From Candidatus Micrarchaeota archaeon (GTDB lineage Archaea > Micrarchaeota > Micrarchaeia > Anstonellales > Anstonellaceae), in contig JAOAJL010000001.1 in the NCBI GenBank assembly GCA_026414185.1, positions 545 to 64,544 of the forward strand: a DNA stretch of 64,000 nt, in the 5' to 3' direction. How positions within the stretch are numbered: position 1 is the first letter of the stretch; each line of letters opens with the position of its first letter. The notes beneath the pieces were generated by a model. The model was not told the DNA's origin and did not search any database. It was given only the letters and a program-made list of their open reading frames with translations. Positions 57,136-64,000 of this stretch are shown piece by piece. The translations under genes were made by a program, and so were the position numbers.

Positions 57136-59571
57136 ATGGAAAGGTTGCAGGCAAAAAGGAAAAAGGCAGTCCTCATTGACGTTGATTACATTGTGAGAGA
57201 GGGCAGGGCGCTTGTCCGGCTTTTGATGAAGGGGAAGCGCTTTTTCCGGCTCTACGACGCCTACGAGCCGTATTTTTACTGCGATGCGCCGGAAAGCGCT
57301 GAGAAGGAAATAATGGGTCTGAAGGTTGCGGGGAAGGACAGGCAGATTTCCCCGACGCGCTGCGAGCGCGTCCTGATGAATGTCTTGGGGCAGGAAAAAA
57401 GGATATGGAAGGTCTACTGCCAGCTTCCTTCCGACGTGCCGCACTTAAGCTCCGCCATGCATTATCCGTGCTACGAGCACAACATCCCATTCGGGAAGCG
57501 CTACATGATAGACAAGGAACTTGCCCCCTTCATGCAGCTTACTTATGAGAGGGAGGGCAGGTTCATCAAGCGCATCCTGCGCAAGAGGGAGGCGGCAGTT
57601 TCGCTCAAGACCATGGCTTTTGACATTGAAACATACAACCCGGTGGGCATGCCGCGGCCCGACAAGGACGAGATTATTTTGATTTCGTACAAGGTTGGGA
57701 GCCAGCAGGCAAAGGTGCTTTCAAGCAGGAAGATAGCGCGGGATTTTGTAGTAGCCTGCAAAGACGAGCGCCAGATGATAGAGAAGTTCTTGGAGGCAGT
57801 AAGGGAAAACGATGTTGAAGTTCTGTTTGGCTACAACGACACTGTTTTTGACTTGCCCTATCTTAAGGCAAGGGCGGATTCAAACGGGCTGGTTTTTGCG
57901 ATAGGGCGGGATGGGAAGCCCTTCAGGATAAGAAAGCATGGTATACGGGATGTGGCAGAGATAGCAGGCAGAATTCATATTGACCTTTATCCCGTCGTGC
58001 GCTTTATGGGGCTTATCGGCGCATTCAAAATCAGCAAATACTCCCTTGAAAATGCCTATGAGGAGCTGACCGGCAAAAGGAAGCTGATGGTCGGCAAGCT
58101 GGACATCTGGAGGATGTGGGATGGGGATGCCAAGATGATGGCGGAGCTTGCGGACTATTCGCGGTTTGATGCTGTGGCGACGATGGAGATTGGGGAAATG
58201 CTGCTTCCGATGCAGATAGAGATGAGCAGGGTGGCGCGCCTGCCCCTTTTTGACACTGCGAATGCAACGGCGGGACAGCTTGTTGAGTCCATCCTCATGC
58301 ACAAAAGCAGGCAGGAAGGCAGGATAATTCCGAATAAGCCCGACGACACGCTTGCCTCCCAGCGCGAGCTGGGACCGATAAAGGGCGCGTTCGTGAAAAT
58401 TCCGCAGCCGGGGATTTATGAGAATTTAGTGGTCTTTGACTTTCGCGGTCTGTATCCGTCAATAATTACCTCGCACAACATAGACCCCTACACGATTGAC
58501 CCCCCGCCAAGCGTGCCGGACTCGGACTGCTACCTCTGCCCCAACGGGCACAGGTTCAGGAAAAAGCCGCGCGGGCTTATCCCTTCTGTTCTTGAGGAGA
58601 TAATAAAAATGCGCGCGGAGATGAAGGCCCGGCTTAAAACGCTGGAAAAGGACTCGCCCGAGTATGAGATGGTCTTTGCCAGGCAGCAGTCGCTCAAGAT
58701 ACTTGCAAACTCCTACTACGGCTATCTTGCCTACCCCCGCTCGCGCTGGTATTCGCGGGAATGCGGCGAGTCCGTGACTGCGTGGGGCAGGTATTTCATA
58801 CAGGACACGATAGATAAGGCGGAAAAGGCAGGCTTCACTGTTCTTTACGGCGATACTGACTCCATATTCCTCCTTTTGCGCGGAAGGGATGGGGGGCTCA
58901 AAACAAAGCAGGACGCCTTGGAATTCATGCGCAGGATAAACCAGGAGCTTCCAGGGGACATGGAACTTGAACTTGAAGGCTTCTACCCCCGCGGCGTGTT
59001 TGTCACCAAGAAGGTCGGTGCTGCCGGCTCGGAAGAGACCGGCGCAAAGAAAAAGTATGCGCTTATCGGAGAGGACGGAAGGATAAAGATACGGGGATTT
59101 GAGCTCGTGCGCCGTGACTGGTCAAATATAGCAAAGCAGGCGCAGCGGAAGGTGCTTGAAGCCATACTCAAGGACGGAAGCAAGGAAAAGGCGGTAAGGG
59201 TGGTAAAGGAGATAATAAGCCTGCTTAAAGAGGGGAAGGCGCCGCTTGAAGACCTAATCATATACACCCAGATTCGCAAGGACCCGAAAAAATACGACGT
59301 GACTTCGCCTGAGCTTTCTGCCGCAAAGAAAGCGATTGCGGCGGGTATGCGCATTGAGCGCGGAAGCATGATAGGCTACGTCATAACGAAAAGCGGGGGC
59401 AGCATCTCGGAGAAGGCGCAGCTTGCTGAGCTGGCAAGAGACTACGATGCGCAATACTACATAGAAAAGCAGGTCCTTCCAGCCGTCTTGAAGATACTAA
59501 AGGAGCTTGGCTATTCGGAAAACGACCTGAAGTTCAAAGGAGAGCAGAAGGGGCTTGACTCTTTCTTTTGA
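57136..59571 (+). CDS. polB: Family B DNA polymerase
   Basis: Exo I FDIET, Exo II-like LFGYNDTVFDLPYL, Pol A DFRGLYPSII, Pol B KILANSYYGY, Pol C YGDTDS. Length gives no room for an intein. Confidence 0.9.
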   Translation: MERLQAKRKKAVLIDVDYIVREGRALVRLLMKGKRFFRLYDAYEPYFYCDAPESAEKEIMGLKVAGKDRQISPTRCERVLMNVLGQEKRIWKVYCQLPSDVPHLSSAMHYPCYEHNIPFGKRYMIDKELAPFMQLTYEREGRFIKRILRKREAAVSLKTMAFDIETYNPVGMPRPDKDEIILISYKVGSQQAKVLSSRKIARDFVVACKDERQMIEKFLEAVRENDVEVLFGYNDTVFDLPYLKARADSNGLVFAIGRDGKPFRIRKHGIRDVAEIAGRIHIDLYPVVRFMGLIGAFKISKYSLENAYEELTGKRKLMVGKLDIWRMWDGDAKMMAELADYSRFDAVATMEIGEMLLPMQIEMSRVARLPLFDTANATAGQLVESILMHKSRQEGRIIPNKPDDTLASQRELGPIKGAFVKIPQPGIYENLVVFDFRGLYPSIITSHNIDPYTIDPPPSVPDSDCYLCPNGHRFRKKPRGLIPSVLEEIIKMRAEMKARLKTLEKDSPEYEMVFARQQSLKILANSYYGYLAYPRSRWYSRECGESVTAWGRYFIQDTIDKAEKAGFTVLYGDTDSIFLLLRGRDGGLKTKQDALEFMRRINQELPGDMELELEGFYPRGVFVTKKVGAAGSEETGAKKKYALIGEDGRIKIRGFELVRRDWSNIAKQAQRKVLEAILKDGSKEKAVRVVKEIISLLKEGKAPLEDLIIYTQIRKDPKKYDVTSPELSAAKKAIAAGMRIERGSMIGYVITKSGGSISEKAQLAELARDYDAQYYIEKQVLPAVLKILKELGYSENDLKFKGEQKGLDSFF

Positions 59572-59576
59572 CTCTC

Positions 59577-60470
59577 CTAAAAGCTGCCAAGCATCAAGAC
59601 CACAAGGTCGCCAAAGAGGGCTGTGAAGATTAGCCCGAAAAGAAGATAGGGCAGGAAAAAGGGCATGCCTGTGTAGACGGGGACTGCCTTGAGCCGCGAC
59701 TTTCTCAGCTTCTTTATGGAGCTTTGGCTGAGAACTGGCGAAAGAGACAGCTTCCGCACGATGCCAGGCTTCATCCTGTCCAGCGCAAGGACGTCCTCCT
59801 CCTGAAGCTTTCCGACCGGAACAGTCTCAATCATGCTTTCCTTTATCTCTTCTTTGAAAAATGAGAAGAAAAGCAGGGCAAAGAACAGAAACGCAAGAAC
59901 AAGAAGATAAGAGTAGGGCAGGGCGATAGGAAGCCTCGCCAGCGCGTATATGAAAACCGAAAATGCGGCTAAAAGAACGGCAGGGGTGGCAAGCCGGCTC
60001 CAGCAAAAACGCACTTCCCCGCGGGAAATCTTCTTTGAGATGAAGGGCACAAAGCGCAGCAGCATGTGCGCTATGAAGATGATGCCCGTTGCCAAAAGAA
60101 CAGAAAGGATGAAGGGATAGGGAACCTGCTGAGGCGGGGCAAGTGCGGGCTTTTGGAGGACAGGGACTGCCATGGCAAGCGAGGAGATTATGTAGACGTC
60201 GGCGCCGCCAAGCTGCCCGCTTTTGTAGAGCAAGTAGGTTGCCGCGAAGATTAAAGCGCCCCAGCCAACGGCGAAAATGAAGGCTTCCTGCGAGAAAAAA
60301 ACGATGTTGAGCAGGACCGCGGCTACAAGAGAGCCGTAGGCAACGGCGTTTGGCACCCATTTCCTGTTGAAGACATCGTAATAGGCGGCGGCCGCTGTGA
60401 ATGCGACTGCCACCAAAAGCCGCCATTCAAGCCCGGCTATCTCTTGCGGTGGGGAAAGGAAATCCATCAT
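59577..60470 (-). CDS. A24-family type IV prepilin / preflagellin peptidase (EppA/FlaK/PibD-like) with a C-terminal membrane extension
   Basis: First catalytic Asp context AAYYDVFNRKWVPNAV (D....R..(I/V)PN). Second Asp context GQLGGADVYIISSL (G.GGxDV). 8-9 TM helices in total. Confidence 0.8.
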   Translation of the reverse strand: MMDFLSPPQEIAGLEWRLLVAVAFTAAAAYYDVFNRKWVPNAVAYGSLVAAVLLNIVFFSQEAFIFAVGWGALIFAATYLLYKSGQLGGADVYIISSLAMAVPVLQKPALAPPQQVPYPFILSVLLATGIIFIAHMLLRFVPFISKKISRGEVRFCWSRLATPAVLLAAFSVFIYALARLPIALPYSYLLVLAFLFFALLFFSFFKEEIKESMIETVPVGKLQEEDVLALDRMKPGIVRKLSLSPVLSQSSIKKLRKSRLKAVPVYTGMPFFLPYLLFGLIFTALFGDLVVLMLGSF

Positions 60471-60494
60471 GCGAAAAGAGCGTGCGCAAAATAT

Positions 60495-61634
60495 TTAATG
60501 GGTCTGAAAAAGCGTTTCAAGAAACGCATCGTGTATGGCAATGACGTCAAGCTCGTCGCAGGATGCGCGGCAGCCAAGGACGGAGGAGAGGCTTGGTGTG
60601 GTGCGCCCACCATCGCCGCTTACCATCTCCTTTATGTATGTGCCTGCCTCTGCCCGAAGCAAGATGCGGAGCCTGCCGTCTTCGGTGGGGCTTGCTTTCA
60701 GCCAGATTATCCTGCGCCTGCGAACCAGGTCGCTTCTGCGCGAAAGCACACGCAGGGGAGTGCGCTGGGAGAGGGCGGCGCCTGAGAGGCTTTCCGCTTT
60801 TTTCGCATCCTCCCTGCCAAGAGGGCGGCTTGCCGAAACGAGCGCGGAGTATTCCTTCTCAAAGTGGGAGTTGCAGACCGCATCCACAAAGTGCTTTTGA
60901 ACCAGCCGCAAGCCGACCGCGCGCACGTGCGGGTTTGAGGCAAGCTTCTGCTCAATGGCAGAAAGGTCGCAATTGCGCTTTTTGGGGCCGGAAAGCTGCA
61001 TTACGAAGGGCCTGCCTGTCCCGAGGCACCTAACATCCACATCCTCCCTGCCAGAAGCATGCAGCCGGAAGCCGCCTGCCTCAAACCCCGCCGCAAGCGC
61101 ACTCCCAAGTTCGTCTTCCACAGAAGGATAGTTCCTGCCGCTGCCTTTGCATTCCGGGCAGCCGCCCCCGCCGCACGCAGAGCAGTGCCATCGGCTTTGG
61201 CAGTGGCTTCTTGAAAGCTTGATGTACCTGCCGAAAACAAAGACTGGCTGGGGGGAAACGCTTGCGGTTGATTTGCCGAAGTCAAAATGAAAAACCGCTT
61301 CGGGAAAGCGCTGGGATGGCTTTGCGGAAGTTGCCGAGGAGATTTTTTCTGCAAGGCAGGCATTTGCGGAATTTTTGATGGAGATGAAGCTGCCTGGCTT
61401 GAAAAAATCTGCAACCTCCTCCTCCCGCAGAAACACGGATTTCGGAAATGAGGATGAAACTGAGAAGCTTCTCCATTCAAACAGCCAAGATTGCTCCAGC
61501 GCTGAGCGGACAAGCCTGTCCTGCTGGGCAAGCAGACCGGAGCAGATGTGGCAGCCTTCCCTTGCCTGCTGCAGATGCGCCGCCCCTCCCCGAAATCTTG
61601 AAAGGCAGTGGCGGCAGAGGCTAAAAGTTGCCAT
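60495..61634 (-). CDS. pus10: tRNA pseudouridine(54/55) synthase Pus10
   Basis: N-terminal zinc ribbon CRHC...CHIC, a second Cys cluster C.SRWHCSACGGGGCPEC, a THUMP-like segment, and a catalytic domain with REDVDVR and GTYIKE. Confidence 0.85.
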   Translation of the reverse strand: MATFSLCRHCLSRFRGGAAHLQQAREGCHICSGLLAQQDRLVRSALEQSWLFEWRSFSVSSSFPKSVFLREEEVADFFKPGSFISIKNSANACLAEKISSATSAKPSQRFPEAVFHFDFGKSTASVSPQPVFVFGRYIKLSRSHCQSRWHCSACGGGGCPECKGSGRNYPSVEDELGSALAAGFEAGGFRLHASGREDVDVRCLGTGRPFVMQLSGPKKRNCDLSAIEQKLASNPHVRAVGLRLVQKHFVDAVCNSHFEKEYSALVSASRPLGREDAKKAESLSGAALSQRTPLRVLSRRSDLVRRRRIIWLKASPTEDGRLRILLRAEAGTYIKEMVSGDGGRTTPSLSSVLGCRASCDELDVIAIHDAFLETLFQTH

Positions 61635-61816
61635 CGCCCAACCTCGTTTGCGGCTTTTGAAGATGGCGGAAAGAGTATAAATATTGTTGGCATTAAAATG
61701 GCATGCGCACGGCGCATTTTGGGGTGGTGTAACAAAACAATTATAAATAAGATGTTTTAAAGAAATAATGGTAAATTGTGGTATTTGGAAAAGCCGTTGC
61801 GCATGAAGGTGGAACT

Positions 61817-62554
61817 ATGCCCCGTGGAAAGAGAATTGTCATTGAAAAAGTCATAAAGGACCCCGTCATTTCGCGGCTTAAGGCGATGAAGATAGCTGAC
61901 TTGAAAAACAAAAGGGGCATGGCGGAAAAGGAGCTTCATGAAAGCATAAGCGAGATAGTCAACCGCGCCAAGGAGCTTTATGCCCAGGACAAGCTTGAGA
62001 AGGAAAAGCTCCGAAACCTTGGGCTGCTGACTGTTGAAGAGGCATATGAGGAACTGCGCAAGGGAGGGGTGAATCTCTCATTCCGCGCCTTCGGGGGGCG
62101 CGTTGAGAGAAGGTCAATACATTCGGAAAAAATCGGAAACAAGCGGCTTATTCCAAAGCCAGTCATACAGGACTGGATTGCGCTTGCAAACGAATACTAC
62201 ACCGTCAAGCAGGCTTACAATGAACTGAAGAAGTATGAGAAGATAAACCTTCGGGCTTTTATAGGCAGGATTGAGAAAAACTCTGTTCCTTCCCTGAAGA
62301 TAGGCACGGCGCGCTGGGTGCCGAAAAGCGCGATTGAAGCGATGATACACGTCTGCAAAAACTACTATGATGTTGGCGAGGCAGTGCAGTATATGGTTGC
62401 GAAGGGAGTAAAGATAAAGAGAAACGCCTTTGAGCGCCGCCTTGACCGCAACAGGATACCCCATGAGAAGATAGGCGGCAGGCGCGTCATTGCAAAGGAA
62501 GTCATTGAGGAGCTCATCAGCAAGGAGCTTGCCTTGGCAAAGCCGAAGGTTTAG
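61817..62554 (+). CDS. Protein with a coiled-coil N-terminus and three tandem excisionase/MerR-type (HTH_17-like) DNA-binding repeats
   Basis: Repeats: LTVEEAYEELRKGGVNLSFRAFGGRVERRSIHSEKIGNKRLIPKPVIQDWI; YTVKQAYNELKKYEKINLRAFIGRIEKNSVPSLKIGTARWVPKSAIEAMI; YDVGEAVQYMVAKGVKIKRNAFERRLDRNRIPHEKIGGRRVIAKEVIEELI. SD AGGTGG lies 5 nt before ATG 61817. Confidence 0.6.
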   Translation: MPRGKRIVIEKVIKDPVISRLKAMKIADLKNKRGMAEKELHESISEIVNRAKELYAQDKLEKEKLRNLGLLTVEEAYEELRKGGVNLSFRAFGGRVERRSIHSEKIGNKRLIPKPVIQDWIALANEYYTVKQAYNELKKYEKINLRAFIGRIEKNSVPSLKIGTARWVPKSAIEAMIHVCKNYYDVGEAVQYMVAKGVKIKRNAFERRLDRNRIPHEKIGGRRVIAKEVIEELISKELALAKPKV

Positions 62555-63876
62555 CCGCCGAGTTTTCCAAGGTCAATGTTTGCGCCCTTGAGCAGCTTTT
62601 CCATCCTTTTCCTAAAACCGCGGTTTTTCTTGAATGAGTCAAGCATGGCTGAAACTTTTTCAAATTGCGTAAGAAGCTCCCTTACTTCTGCCTCGGTTGT
62701 CCCGCTTCCTTTCGCTATCCTCTCAATCCGCGAGCGTTGCTTGCGCAGAAGCGACGCGTCCTCCCGCTCCTGCGGCGTCATTGAATTTATTATCGTTTCG
62801 TATTTTTTGAGCTTCTGCTCGCTTGTCTGCACAACCTCATCGGGAAGGTCTGCGGCGCCAAGCATTGAAAAGACGCTTGAGAGGGGACCAAGCTTTCTTG
62901 CCGCTTTCAGCTGCTCATAGAAGGTGCGGAGAGTGAGCTTTTCCTCAATCTTTTCAGGAAGCTTCTCTTCCTCAGAAATCTTCTTTACCTTCTCCATTAG
63001 GGTTCCTATGTCGGGGAAGCCAAGGAGCCTGCCGGTGAATTTCTGGGCGTCAAAGGGCTCCAGCGCATCCATCTTCTCGCCCGTGCCTATGAAAGCAACT
63101 TTCGCTTTGGAGGCGGCAACCGCGGAAAGCGCGCCGCCGCCTTTTCCGCTTCCATCCATCTTGGTTATTATGACGCCTGAAAGCCCGACTGCCTCGTGAA
63201 ATTGCGATGCCTGCCTGCCGGCTATCTGCCCGATGTCCGCTGAAATGACAAGAAAGCGCTCGTCCGGCTTTGAAAGCTCGTTTATCAGCTTAAGCTGGCT
63301 GGTCAGCTGCTCGTCAAAAGCGCTCCTGCCTGCGGAATCCACTATGATAATGTCCTCCTTGCACCGCGCAAGCGCATCTGCGATTATTTTGCGGACGTCC
63401 TTCTCGCCCTCTATGCCGTAAAATGCGGCGCCGGATTGCCTGGCGACCTGGCGGAGCTGCTCAAATGCCGCTGGCCTCTCAACGTCGCAGGAAACGAGAG
63501 CCACGGACAGCCCCCTGCTTTTGTAGAAGTGGGCAAGCTTCCCTGCTGTAGTGGTCTTGCCGGAACCATAGAGCCCCAAAAGAAGGACTTTGTGCGGGGA
63601 GAGCTTCGGCTCGTATTTTTCTCCCATCAGCAAGGCTATCTCCTCGTAGACGACTCGGACAACGTGCTCGCGCAGGGAGAGCCCTCTTGGCAGCTTGGAA
63701 TCAAGAGCCCTCGCCTCTATCCTTTTTGTGAGCTCAAAGACAAGCTTGACATTCACATCAGAAGTGATGAATATGCGTTGGAGGTCCCGGCACAGGGCTT
63801 TCACTGCCTTTTCGTCTGCAACCGGGGCGCCTGTGAATTTCGCCAGTGCCTGCCTGAGGCTTCTTCCGAGGTCCAT
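62551..63876 (-). CDS. srp54: Signal recognition particle protein SRP54
   Basis: N domain, G domain GLYGSGKTTT, DSAGR, TKMDG, and a Met-rich M domain. Start at MDLGRSLRQAL (ATG 63876). Its stop overlaps the convergent gene's stop. Confidence 0.9.
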   Translation of the reverse strand: MDLGRSLRQALAKFTGAPVADEKAVKALCRDLQRIFITSDVNVKLVFELTKRIEARALDSKLPRGLSLREHVVRVVYEEIALLMGEKYEPKLSPHKVLLLGLYGSGKTTTAGKLAHFYKSRGLSVALVSCDVERPAAFEQLRQVARQSGAAFYGIEGEKDVRKIIADALARCKEDIIIVDSAGRSAFDEQLTSQLKLINELSKPDERFLVISADIGQIAGRQASQFHEAVGLSGVIITKMDGSGKGGGALSAVAASKAKVAFIGTGEKMDALEPFDAQKFTGRLLGFPDIGTLMEKVKKISEEEKLPEKIEEKLTLRTFYEQLKAARKLGPLSSVFSMLGAADLPDEVVQTSEQKLKKYETIINSMTPQEREDASLLRKQRSRIERIAKGSGTTEAEVRELLTQFEKVSAMLDSFKKNRGFRKRMEKLLKGANIDLGKLGG

Positions 63877-64000
63877 AAAACCGCAAAGAAAGGGGGCACG
63901 CCATATTAAAACCTCTCGCATGGCACTTCCCATGCGCCCGCAACGACGGAGCACCGACGAAGATATATTTATAAATTGTGCCGACGAAGGAAACGGCGGT

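Noticed and set aside
62551-62554. Overlapping stop codons of the convergent HTH-repeat gene and srp54
   Set aside because: The overlap is real (TAG 62552-54 on plus, TAA 62553-51 on minus), but it is just a consequence of genome compaction and not a distinct functional element.
1-64000. Search for CRISPR arrays, transposases, integrases, toxin-antitoxin pairs or known defence genes
   Set aside because: No regularly spaced short repeats and no DDE, tyrosine or serine recombinase motifs were seen. There were also no nuclease/ATPase pairs typical of defence islands. The only nucleotide repeats found are the pilin 5' blocks and the coding repeats of the surface proteins.

Overview
GC-rich, very gene-dense chromosomal segment of an archaeon. 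I call about 80 genes. Spacers are mostly under 60 bp and many start/stop codons overlap (ATGA or TGATG junctions). Archaeal identity is supported by the L7Ae-S28e-L24e-NDK cluster, Orc1/Cdc6, family-B DNA polymerase, Pus10, RpoE'/Spt4, eS26, SepF, GGGP synthase, geranylgeranyl reductase, split GMP synthase, SRP54, and class III (prepilin-like) signal peptides. The compact layout suggests a small-genome archaeon, possibly DPANN-like; this is inference only. Housekeeping content includes ribosomal proteins, pheS, rnz, guaAA/guaAB, pyrBI, tmk, a sufCBDSU operon, DNA repair genes (Ogg, an endonuclease IV-like TIM-barrel protein), lipid biosynthesis genes, one intron-containing tRNA-Leu(CAA), and a class I GAPDH. 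I saw no rRNA, CRISPR array, transposase, integrase or recognisable defence gene. The unusual content is cell-surface machinery scattered among core genes. (1) Two tandem major-pilin-like genes share a near-identical 107-bp 5' block. (2) A translationally coupled four-gene operon encodes pilin-like proteins and is followed by an anchored beta-sandwich protein. (3) An EppA/FlaK-type prepilin peptidase is encoded elsewhere in the window. (4) Two adjacent paralogous giant surface proteins are built from a repeated 4-cysteine CPQM-W-S-S-T-I-G Ig-like module. (5) A 1333-aa anchored helical surface protein is present. (6) Several more proteins have an N-terminal signal peptide and a C-terminal membrane anchor. 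Candidate regulatory elements are a K-turn-like hairpin sequestering the Shine-Dalgarno of the L7Ae gene, and a perfect 14-bp palindrome between the TATA box and the start of a Cys-containing HTH gene heading the suf operon. All functional calls rest on motif recognition by eye; no database search was possible.
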